Origin: Cyanophora paradoxa CCMP329 | Taxonomy: Eukaryota > Plantae > Glaucophyta | Reading direction: 5' to 3' | Length of the DNA stretch: 38,940 bases | NCBI GenBank assembly: GCA_004431415.1 | Contig: QPMI01000394.1 | Location: forward strand, 1-38,940 | In this document: positions 12,762 to 22,960 of the stretch, in pieces | Numbering within the stretch: the stretch's first letter is position 1 | Layout: each line of letters opens with the position of its first letter | Program-made: the position numbers and the translations under genes | Notes under the pieces: model-generated | Databases searched by the model: none | What the model was told of the DNA's origin: nothing | What the model saw: the letters and a program-made list of their open reading frames with translations, nothing else

Positions 12762-13619
12762 ATGAGCGCTATTAAGCGCCCGCGTGCCGGAGATGCGTAT
12801 GATGCGAAGGACGCAAAGGATGAAGTACGCGCGGTCACACTTCATATCGCTACATCCAGCGTGCGTCTGCTCGCTCGCGCTTCGAATTCTTTGCTCGCTC
12901 GGCCACAAATTTAAACCACGCGCGCAGGAGATGCCCGTGGTCACTCTCGAAATCTCCAGCCCCGCCTGCATCGTCGTGCGGCCCGCCCGCCGGCGCCCTC
13001 TTGCTCGTTTTCTCAGACCAGCCGGCTTGCCATTGGCACAGGACCCGGAGCAGAGCACCTTCAAGCCCAAGCAGCGGCTGCCGGCAGAGGGGCTGGCCAT
13101 CATCGAGGCCACCCTGCGTGCCCACCAGCCCCGCACGGTCGCATTGCGGCTTGAGAAGTGCGCGCGGCTCCCGAGCGCCGCCTCGTGCACTAAGTGCAGC
13201 CCGCAGCGCCCGCCTCGAGGACATTCCGGCATCGCTGCAGGATATCCTCGTCGAGAAGGTTGCGCACATCCACCTCGTCGGCGAGACCACGCTGCACCCG
13301 TTCCCAGAGGAGAACGCAGAGTCGGCCCTCGTCTATGCTACTATGTCGGACCTTCGCAAGCGTGGGCTGCTCACGATGACCATGTCGCCCGAGGTGCGGC
13401 ACGGCCATGGCCAGCTAGCGCCCTCCCTTTCCTCGACCCCGCCCATCTGCAACCCAGGTACCCTGGCTCGTGGACCCCCTCAAGTTCGTTTGCGGCGAGT
13501 TGCCACCCTACAACAAGATTTTCCAACGGTTTAACACCTTCATGGAGCACATCTACGGCCCCTTCCTGTGAAATCAATCAGGGCAGGCACTCGTTATGCA
13601 CTACGGCGCCGACATGTAA
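12762..13619 (+). CDS. Hypothetical multi-exon protein
   Basis: ATG AGC GCT ATT AAG CGC CCG CGT (MSAIKRPR, NLS-like) followed by GT..AG-bounded coding-like segments; no recognisable domain. Confidence 0.4.
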
Positions 13620-14006
13620 TGCGCTACCTCAGTAGCTCTGAAACCCTGACTTCAATTAAATAGTGCACGCCTCCGCCTCGCCTATCGCCGGAGTCGACAT
13701 TAGCAGTTGACGACGCTCAAATGGCAGGCGCGCGCTTTAGGCGAGAAAGCGCCATCGCTGAGCTACATGAAGCTCTCCACGCGTACATTCATGGGTTGCC
13801 GCTGCCCACAAGGGAGCCGACAAGTCGACAACCGGCATCTTCGATGACAGGTGCATGCACATGCAGTTTTGCGGTCAAACCAGAATTGAGGAGAAACAGA
13901 TCAAAAACCAAACCAGAACCAAGCTCGCCAAGATGTTCGAACCAGGGTGAAAGTGTCCAAATGGATTCCTGGTGCGAGGGTATCCGGGATTAGCTATGTG
14001 TCACTT

Positions 14007-14238
14007 GCAGTGATGTGTTCGGCATCGATACCGGTATATTCGGATCCAGGGTATTGATTGAGTTTCCAGCTCAATCGCGAGCGTCTGCAGCTGGCATGGC
14101 TTATGTGAAGGCAGCACAGAAAACCCATCGTGACATTCTTGTGCATGGTACACTCAAGATCTAAATATCGCGCGCAGTGATGTGTTCGGCATCGATACCG
14201 GTATATTCGGATCCAGGGTATTGATTGAGTTTCCAGCT
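14007..14238 (+). repeat. 65-bp exact direct duplication (14007-14071 and 14174-14238)
   Basis: gcagtgatgtgttcggcatcgataccggtatattcggatccagggtattgattgagtttccagct occurs twice; each copy looks like AG|exon|GT. Confidence 0.85.
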
Positions 14239-15143
14239 AAATCGTGCGCACACATACATATGTTATTGAGTCCGTTCTGCTAATCCTTATAATCTCTGCG
14301 AAATGCACTTGCAGTTTGCGAAATGCGAGAGCGCAATCCCAAGTTCTTCGAGAGCCTTGAAACAAAGTAGTTTGAATTACACAGCTCTCTCGTCAAGAAC
14401 TGCTCCACGTGCACCAGCACAAGACGAGAAGCACATGTTGGTGTCGCATGCAGGTAAAAACCATTGCACGTTAATCAACACATGAATTAATTGAATGTAT
14501 ACGCAGGGTTTCTATTCGCTGTTCCCTCTTATGCAGTACGTACACTACCAGGAATCTCGATAAATATAGCCAGCGAACAGATCTAGAGCGAAGCTTACAG
14601 ACGGTATATCTTTCCAATAGACTATTACCATCCGGACTTAAGCATTTCCTTGCCTCCCCAAAACTCTATTGCTAGAATAGTTATAGCAATCAGAAGGTCA
14701 GGTACATATGCACGCAGACATGCAGCTTGTTAAAGATCCGGCCGCGGAGGTAAGGCTCCTAGGAAACGGTACAGGTAGAATTTGTAATGTAGAACTTAGG
14801 TAAGGCTTGGTAGCCCGAGTGTATACGTAGTGGTATCCTGTTCGTGTCGTAGATTTGTTGTGTAATATGATGTGTTAAATATATTTGAATCGTTGTGTAA
14901 AGTTTCGGATTTCCAAAATTCGTGCTGCACTACGGCGCCGGCTTCGACTTGGATCCGAGACGAATGCGACCAGCATGACTACTATATAGTTCACGTCTCC
15001 TGCTACTCAGAATTCGAATTCGAGAAAACAATACAGCAATCTCTGTGCAGAAGAATCTGTGTTTGGCTAGTGCGCATGGCGTCGGCGACCACGAATAAGA
15101 TGCAGCTGCGGACCCGTACTAGGTCCTAGGGGATTTGCACTGG

Positions 15144-15772
15144 CTAGGATCCGGAAACGGTCGCCAGGAAGGGCACGTGCTCGATTTTCGGGACCACCTC
15201 ATGCCTCGCGACGTAGAACAAATCATCCGGGAATGGCCCTGTACTCGACGCCTGTGCACATGCACGCGTGAATTCGGGAATGCCGCATCAGAAATCAAGG
15301 TAAGAAGCAAAGATCGCTTGCACCGGCGGCTCGAAGCAACGGCTTTCTGGATCGTACCAATAGAGCGCAAGCCCGCTAACATTGCCTACAGAGTTGCATT
15401 CGCAGTCCAGGTCGAAGTAAGCCTGGATCAGAAGGTCTGTCTGCCACGACATAGAAACATCTATCCTGACGCGCACTGGCCCTGCCTGTTGAGATCAGGG
15501 CACACAATCAGGGGCAACGATGCCGGGTTGCAATTGCACGTGTGCACCCGTCTTTTCAGTGACGCGTAGCGGGGAAGGCCGGCAGTCACCGAGAACCCGC
15601 ACCTCGACTGAGCTGCCCCGTGCACGAGCCGCGGTCGTGGCGCGTATAGAGCAATCAGCACTTCCGACTCTGCGATCTGCTCTGCTGTCGGCGGCATGCG
15701 CAGCTGTCCCGCTGTCACTCCTGACTTCCTTGCAGCTTTGGTAGCGAGCTGTTTTCGAGGTACTTTCTGCAT
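15144..15772 (-). CDS. H3-tail-mimic family protein, copy 1 (2 introns, one 1-nt indel)
   Basis: MQKVPRKQLATKAARKS (PRKQLATKAARKS is H3 16-28 exactly) is followed by PTAEQIAESE..VEVRVLGDCRPSPLRVT|GPVRVRID..LALYWYDP|ASSTGPFPDDLFYVARHEVVPKIEHVPFLATVSGS*. Confidence 0.8.
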
Positions 15773-15816
15773 TCTGGAACGCAGTCCGACAGCGAGCGAA
15801 CCGAGCGCCGCCGTCT

Positions 15817-16034
15817 TTGGAGCCTTGCTGGTGCGTGGTCGAACGAGTACCCCCGGCAGGAAGTTCCCCCGGGCAAAGCCGCCGGGCAAAGTCGCCGGGG
15901 CAAAGTCGCCGGAGCACTGTCGCGGTTTCCGGAGCGCCGGATCTGGAGCTGTGTTCTGCTAGCGTCCGAAGTGCTGTCGGCGGGGCAAGCGGTCAAAGTG
16001 CTGTCGGCGTGGAAGCGTGGCACGTGGCGCTCGA
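15817..16034. promoter_or_regulatory. Dispersed intergenic cassette copy 2, between divergent genes
   Basis: Homologous to 12484-12712; flanked by an ATG on the minus strand (15772) and an ATG on the plus strand (16134). Confidence 0.6.
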
Positions 16035-16133
16035 AAAGGTGCGCCGGATGCCTTCTTTCCGCATGCGCACCCATATATAGCGGCCTTGCGCGTGCGTCCG
16101 TGCGGCCTCCCTTGACAGTAGCGTCTCTCAGGG

Positions 16134-17131
16134 ATGAATGCACACGAGGAGACGAAACGCAAACTCGAAGAGAGCGAACAGGAGGTTGATTATGAGCTTG
16201 AGACGGAGGAAAGCGGCCCGGCGCGTGCGGAGAAACGTGCGCGAGATGAGGCGTCGCGGCGGCAGCTCGAGAAGCAAGCGTCAGCGGAAGCGGTGGCGGA
16301 GATTCATCGACGTCTGCGGAAGGCTGAGGAGCGGGCTGCAGCCGCCAAGAACGACGCAAGAGCTCTCAGCGACGACGAAGAAGTGGAAGAGCGGCCAAAG
16401 GAGGTTCCGTGTCGTACCTGTGTCGAGAACCCATCATCCCACTGTGCATATGCGCCATCATCCTGGGTATCGAAAGTGCCAGCACTTTGCACGAACTCCC
16501 TATGGACGTTCGGCCCTTCGCTAATTTGGCGCTTCGGATTGCCAAGCTCCACCGGCAGTCGCGGGCCTTCGACATCCTCCCCAGTCGGGCGAGGACAGCG
16601 ATCGCGAAGGAGAAGGTGAGGACACGAATTACTGCACCACCCTGATTGAATCTCTGCCGTCGGAGGGGAGGGGAATCTGGACCTGAACAGTGCGCATGGC
16701 CTTCTGTTTTAATTTACCCCGAGAAATTTTGCTTTCACAGAGCCAGTGATCATGAGCACAGGGGACTCTGGGAGGACATCTGTATGGTCACCCTCGAAGG
16801 TTTTCAAGTGGTGAAGAGCCCGCTGCGCATGTTTCAGCTCTGTGATGGTGGTTTCCGCGTTTGCGATCCTCTTCATCCGTCCGTGGATGAAGCGCTTCGC
16901 GACCTCTGCGGACTCTGCCTCAGCAACAGCGACCTCGAGTTCTTTAGGGACATTTCCAAGCGCCTGAAAGAAAAGCAGGCCACTGAACAAGCACGCAAGC
17001 ACATTTTGCATGACTTTTGACATCTTGCATGTACCTTTGAACAAGCACGCAATAGTATACTGCAGCTGAAGCTTGAGCACCTCAACCTCGGAACCAACCT
17101 CAACGGGGCCGGGGCAGGGGGGGGCACGTAA
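16134..17131 (+). CDS. Hypothetical multi-exon protein with N-terminal acidic coiled coil
   Basis: MNAHEETKRKLEESEQE...EKRARDEASRRQLEKQ; the following ORF segments at 16409 and 16646 are joinable through GT-AG introns. The 3' end is uncertain. Confidence 0.5.
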
Positions 17132-17406
17132 TTGTATTCGGAAACTTTAACTCTTCGATGGTTTTCGCATACATAGTTCTCTGGAGAATTCCAACTCTTC
17201 GATTTATGCGATCGCGGCCGCGGCAGCCATGCCCCAAGGCGCTCTGAATTCGAATTCGAGAAGACAATACTGCTACCAATCTCTGTGCACAAGAATCTCT
17301 GTTCGGCTAGCTTGCATGGCGCCGGCGGCCACCGCTAGCGTGCATGGCGCCGGCGTGCAATTCGAATAAGATGCAGCTGTCGGACCGCTAGGGGCCTTGA
17401 CACTGG

Positions 17407-18046
17407 CTAGGATCCTGTAACGGTTGCCAGGAAGGGTGCATGCTCGACTTCCGGGATGATTTCCTTCATTGCCACGTAGAACAGGTCATCCGGGATGGCC
17501 CTGGACTCGACGCCTGTGCACATGCACGCGTGAATTCGGGAATGCCGCATCAGAAATCGAGGTAAGAAGCAAAGATCGCTTGCACCAGCGGCTCGAAGCA
17601 CCGGCTAGCTGGGTCGTACCGATAGAGCGACAGCTCGCGGCGATCAATGGGCACCGGTGTGCAGCGCAATTCCCGGTACGCTTGGGCCAGAAGATCTTTC
17701 TCCCACGTCTTTGAAACATACAGCTTGATTCGCACAGGCCCTGCGCGGTTGCAATTAGGGCGCACTGGCAGAGCAACGATGAACCGGACACATGTGCACC
17801 TGTCATTTCAGTGACGCGTGGCCGAGAAGGGCGGCAGTCCCCGAGAACGCGCACCTCGACAGAGCTGCCCTCGAGCTCGTTCTCGAGCCGCGGTAAACGT
17901 CGCGGCGTGTATAGAGCAATCAGCGCTTCCGACTCTGCGACCTGCTCCGCTGTTGGCTCTGGATCGGGTACGAATCGTGAAGTAGGCGGTGCTTTCTTTG
18001 GTCTGGGTCTAGTGCCGAGAACTTTGCGGGGAGCTTTGCTTGACAT
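17407..18046 (-). CDS. H3-tail-mimic family protein, copy 2
   Basis: MSSKAPRKVLGT..PTAEQVAESEALIALY..VEVRVLGDCRP..|GPVRIKLY..LSLYRYDP|..DDLFYVAMKEIIPEVEHAPFLATVTGS*; same two introns as the other copies, with one 1-nt indel in the last exon. Confidence 0.78.
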
Positions 18047-18145
18047 TGCTTCTAGAGATGCGCGGCCGCAACGTTAACCCAATGCCTTAATGTTTACCCC
18101 CGGTGGGATTACCCCTGGGCATACTGACCGTGACTTCGTTCGCGA

Positions 18146-18218
18146 TTCAGCTCTGTGATGGTGGTTTCCGCGTTCGCGATCCTCTTCATCCGTCCGTGGA
18201 TGAAGCGCTTCGCGACCT
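18146..18218 (+). repeat. 73-bp fragment duplicated from the 3' exon of the 16134 gene (16833-16905)
   Basis: ttcagctctgtgatggtggtttccgcgtt.gcgatcctcttcatccgtccgtggatgaagcgcttcgcgacct is present at both positions. Confidence 0.85.
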
Positions 18219-18371
18219 TCGCGAAATCAATGCCGATACATTAAATCGCGACGAAAATTCGAATTGACAAAACGAAGTACAGCATTCCCTGTTCAAATAT
18301 CGTGCATGGCGTCGGCGGCCATGAATTCCAATAAGATGCAGCTGTCGGGCCGCTAGGGGCCTTGGCACTGG

Positions 18372-19003
18372 CTAGGATCCGGAAACGGTCGCCAGGAAGG
18401 GCGCGTGCTCGACATCCGGTATTACCGAATTCCTCGCCACGTAGACCAGGTCATCCGCGAATGGCCCCAGCGGACTCGACGCCTGTGCACATGTTCGCGT
18501 GAATTCGCGAATACCGGATCAGAAATCGAGGTAAGAAGCAAAGATCGCTTGCACCAGCGGCTCGAAGCACCGGCTAGCTGGGTCATACCGATACAGATCC
18601 AAAGTGCGGAAATCGATTACGTACGCATGACAGTTCAGGTCCATGTACGCACGGGCCCGAAGAACTCTCTGCCACGACATTCGAAAGTTTGAAATATCTA
18701 TCGTGACTCGCACAGGCCCTGCGCTGTTGCGATTAGGGCTGTTGCGAGGCGAAGATGCAACCGGGTTGGACCTGTCATTGAAGTGACGCGTAGCGGGGAA
18801 GGCCGGCAGTCACCGAGAACGCGAACCTCGATAGAGCTGCCCTCGTTCTCGAGCCGCGGTCGCGGCGTGAATAGAGCAATCAGCGCTTCCGACTCTGCGA
18901 TCTGCTCTGCTGTCGGCTGTCGGGACTCTGTCGCTGCTGACTTCCGTGAAGCTTTGGAAGCGAGCTGCTTGCTGCTTGCTGCTGCTTCGTCGCCGCGCTG
19001 CAT
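18372..19003 (-). CDS. H3-tail-mimic family protein, copy 3
   Basis: MQRGDEAAASSKQLASKASRKSA (about H3 18-29) followed by PTAEQIAESE..IEVRVLGDCRPSPLRVTSMT|..LDLYRYDP|..EHAPFLATVSGS*; the start codon is uncertain. Confidence 0.78.
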
Positions 19004-19115
19004 GTTCGAAATCCGCAGGAATGCGCAGGCGCACCGTGATCTACTGCGCGCAGGCATGCGCAGGCATGAAATCATGAGCGCCAGACTCGATCTACTCAAT
19101 CTGCTGGGTGCCGCT

Positions 19116-19204
19116 TTTGGAGCCTTGCTGGTGCAGTGGTCGGACGGGTACCCCCCGGCAAAGTAGTTCCCCCGGGCAAAGTCGCCGGGGCAAAGTCGCC
19201 GGGG
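19116..19204. promoter_or_regulatory. Dispersed intergenic cassette copy 3 (truncated after the 14-bp array)
   Basis: ttggagccttgctggtgc..gtacccccc..gggcaaagtcgccg x2, homologous to copies 1 and 2. Confidence 0.55.
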
Positions 19205-19518
19205 ACACTTGGAGCGAAGACGCGAGGAAAGCTCCAGTACGCAAATTTAGAGGTATGCAAACCCGCCCGAACCGTGGAATCAACCATTTGAACGCACTGC
19301 CGCATACGCAGGTCAAAACCTCGTCCGGAGCGCCCTGCAGCGGAGCACCTCGGGTTTAAAGCTCCGGTTCTCACAAGTAGAGGTAGGCAAACCTGCAGAT
19401 CCGTGGAATCAACCATTTGAACGCAGCGCGGCACACGCAGGTCGAAACCTCGGCCGAAACCTCTTGCAACTCCGAGCTCAAGCGGGTACTTGGGGAGAAG
19501 CGAGAAGCTCCCGCAGTA

Positions 19519-22007
19519 ATGCACACGCAAAGGCTGTTCACTCGAGCCCACGCACTTGCAGATGTGCGCCCGTGCCTGTGCTGTGTGAATGCACGTGGAC
19601 TTGCAGCTGAGTGTGCAACAGGTTGAGAACACGTTCAGAGCCCTCCTTTTGGATTCGAAGAACACTCCGCTCTTCATTCGTCCGAAGTGGCTTTTCGGTT
19701 CGCCGAAGGAGCAGGGAATATCGTTCCTTGGAATCGCGTCACCCAATTTCCGGATATGCATTGACAGTACCTTCCTCGCATCGGACAACCACAGAGCAAC
19801 TTTGGTGCCTCTGTTTGATCCAAGCATCGTCTACTGCGGGGTGTGGAGTAACAGCACGGAGCACGTCGAAAGGATTCGTAAAACTCTTGATATCCAGTGG
19901 CCGTCACTTCGGGCGATCGAAATCGACGACCTAGCCACCGCAGCGAAGCTGGACGGAACCTTGCAGAAAGACAGAAGACAAAAAGGTCTCAAATCCGGAA
20001 TCCAGGATCTTTCTACGGAATTTTTGCGTAAGGCGTTCGAGAAACCTGAGGATTTCAGATTCTTCGGGACTGGCTGGGACAGCGCCGAAGTGGACGAGAC
20101 GAGGCTGGCCTTCGCTTTTCGGGAATTGGAAACAGGCATCGGGATTATCAAAGTCATTTTAAAAAGGGTGGGGTTGAAGCTGACTTCTGCAAAGTTTTCG
20201 CTATCACTATCTATCGCTCTCGCAAACTTCCGCTATCGTTTAGTATCCGGAGACGAGCAGGAGGTTTGTCCTCGACGTCTGTGATAAAGAGGTGAGCTTG
20301 CTTTACTTCTGCTTTTTCAACCCGGCTGTTCTGCTGTTAATTATAATCGCAGGATGCACGTGTTGCTCTGGAGCTGAGCAAGTCTGAATGCGTCGACGGT
20401 GGAAAAGATGCATCCGCTCCGACACTGACACCTTCGATGCAAAAAGAAAAGGATGCTTCGAACAAACCTTTCCCTCCCATTTCATTCGTCCCAGCGCAAG
20501 GTGCCTCAAATCTCCAGTCGGAATGGTCTTCAACCTATGGAGGCTGTCACAAACACACTGGTGACACGATGAAAGACAGTCTATCTATCCCTCGGATAAG
20601 TTGAATTCCGGCTCGCAGGTACCGGTTCTCAGAATGCCGAACTTCGGGATCCGGAGGAGATTCGATGCTTGCAGCAGCAGGTGAAATCACTTCAGGATGA
20701 TAACGCCTTACTTCGACAAGCGAAAGAGCGCGTCGACGGTAAATGCCTTTTTTGCGTTCAGCTATAACTGCTTTCAGTTAATTAGTATCCGCGCGTAATC
20801 CCCGCTGCAGCCCCCGACTGCAGCGGCTGCAAGGAAAACGCTTTCCTGGTCGCCCAGCTGCAGCGGCTGCAAGGTCGAATCGCTCAGGGGCGCCTTCGTT
20901 CATTCTTCTTTTGAAACGTCTGCAGGCCTCCAGAATGAGAATGCTTCCCTGCTCGCCCAGCTGCAACGGCTGCAAGGTCGAATCGCTCAGGGGCGCCTTC
21001 GTTCATTCTTCTTTTGAAACGTCTGCAGGCGTCCAGCATGAAAATGCTTCCCTGCTCGCCCAGCTGCAACGGCTGCAAGGTCAAATCGCTCAGGGGCGCC
21101 TTCGTTCATTCTTCTTTTGAAACGTCTGCAGGCGTCCAGAATGAGAATGCTTCCCTGCTCGCCCAGCTGCAACGGCTGCAAGGTCAAATCGCTCAGGGGC
21201 GCCTTCTTTCATTCTTCGTTCGAAACGTCTGCAGGCATCCAGAATGAGAATGCTTCCCTGCTCGCCCAACTGCAGCGGCTGCAAGGTCGAATCGCTCAGG
21301 GGCGCCTTCTTCCAGTCTCCTCTTGAAACGTCTGCAGGCGTCCAGAATGAGAATGCTTCCCTGGTCGCCCAACTGCAGTGGCTGAAAGGTCAAATTGCTC
21401 GGGGGCGCCTTCTTTCATTCTTCGTTTGAAACGTCTGCAGGCATCCAGAATGAGAATGCTTCCCTGGTCGCCCAGCTGCAGCGGACCAATGGTGTTTTTT
21501 TAGACTGCTTTTCGATTTAGGTCTCGATTTGACCGTTTCCCGTGCGTGTAGCTGTGAATGCAGCTCCCCAAGCGCAACTGCAGCGGCTGACCGGTTTCCA
21601 CTTCGCCGTTTTCTCGGAATTGGGATTTCTGAGTGACTGATAATGACTGCAGCTATGAATGCGGGTCTCCAATCTCAGAAGAAAGCTCTTCGTGGTACGC
21701 TATCTCACTCCTTCGCGGTACATTCAATTTCCGGCCTTGAGTATGGGTATCTTAGATGAAGTCACGACGCTTCGTGGTACGGCGGTTTTCCTCCCCGATG
21801 ATTTTATGAACGTCGCGGTACATTTATGTTTACACCTCGTTCGCGATTCTTTGTAAATGTCAGCTGAAATTGCGACACTGCGAGGTATGGCGGTTCCCCT
21901 CGGATGCATTTTTATTTACTCCGATGCTGATATTGTGATCAGCAAAAATCGACGACCTGGAGGATGCTGAATTCCAGCGCCTGTTCGAAGGCGTGCTCAA
22001 TATTTAG
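19519..22007 (+). CDS. Degenerate DEDDy 3'-5' exonuclease-like domain (WRN/EXD/MUT-7 type) plus C-terminal coiled coil
   Basis: The large exon (19589 ORF) follows the WRN-exo pattern: PLFIRPKW..ISFLGIAS..LFDPSIVYCGV..IDDLATAA..GIQDLSTEFLRKAFEK..GWDSAEVDETRLAFAFRE. Downstream small exons give heptad repeats and end KIDDLEDAEFQRLFEGVLNI* (22005-22007). The start is uncertain. Confidence 0.62.
20836..21491 (+). repeat. 103-bp tandem repeat (51-nt exon + 52-nt intron), about 6.5 units
   Basis: Exon gcgtccagaatgagaatgcttccctgctcgcccagctgcaacggctgcaag (GVQNENASLLAQLQRLQ) alternates with intron gtcaaat...tctgcag; exons start at 20926, 21029, 21132, 21235, 21338 and 21441. Confidence 0.92.
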
Positions 22008-22228
22008 ACGTGTGATCTTCGTTTAAATCACAATTGAATTTCAGTATTGCACTGAACCTGCTGTTCAAATACGATTTAATCGGGAAGCTTCCACACAGTG
22101 CATACTCAGGCCACGGTCATAGAGGAAGGAGGGGGGGGGAAGAGAAGGGGGGGGGAGTGCCGAACTTACCGCGGCCGGCAAAAAAAGCCGGCTTGGCGTG
22201 CAGTGCTGCCACAACTCGAAGCTGCTGG

Positions 22229-22861
22229 ATGGCGAAAGTGAAAGAGAGAGCGCGTATGTCTACAGGCGGAAAAGCTCCTCGAAAGAACCTCGCACAGCGG
22301 CCGCGGCCGCCGACAGCGGAGCAGGTCGCGGAGTCGGAAGCACTGAATGCTCTTTACGCGCCACGACCGCGGCCCGAGAACGAAGGCAGCTTTGTTGACG
22401 TACACATTCTCGGCGACTGCCGGCCTGCCCCGCTACGCGTCACTGCAATGACAGGTGCAAATGTACACCGATTCACCGTTGCTCTGCCAGTGTGCCGTGA
22501 ACTCAACAGCGCATGCGCAGGGCCTGTGCGAGTCACGATCCGTGCTTCGGACTCGAATGCGTGGAAGAGCGAGCTACTGGACCTGGCGTTCGAGGAGCTG
22601 CACTGCAGTACGCATGTGCACCTCGAGGAGCTGGTGCTGTATCGATCTCGGTACGACCAAGCAGGCTGGTACTTCGAGCTTCCGGTGCAAGCGATTGTTG
22701 CGTCTTACGGTGATTTCTGATGCGGATCTCGCGAATTCACGGGTGCGCGTGCACAGGCGTCGAGTCCGGGGCCATCCCCGGGAGATCTGTATTACGTCGC
22801 GAGGAGGGATATCATCCCGGAAGTCGAGCATGTACCTTTCCTGGCGATCAATCAGGAATAG
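22229..22861 (+). CDS. H3-tail-mimic family protein, copy 4 (K9M-like tail)
   Basis: MAKVKERARMSTGGKAPRKNLA aligns to H3 1-21; introns 22455-22520 and 22685-22756 (GT-AG); ends GDLYYVARRDIIPEVEHVPFLAINQE*. Confidence 0.85.
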
Positions 22862-22960
22862 TTGCAAGTGCCGGCATCCCTTCCCTAGTCCGGATTTCGT
22901 AGCCAAAAATACGCGGATGTATTATACGTATACGCGGCGGCACGGATACAACAGGAGCGC

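Noticed and set aside
20836-21491. CRISPR-like array
   Set aside because: There are no unique spacers; the entire 103-bp unit repeats and parses as exon plus intron in a eukaryotic gene.
22718-22720. In-frame TGA in four mimic copies aligning with TGC (Cys) in copy 5, suggesting selenocysteine or readthrough
   Set aside because: The TGA lies within a 72-nt GT...CAG segment (22685-22756) conserved as an intron in all copies, in a branch-point-like ctgat context. Splicing explains it more simply, and no SECIS was identified.
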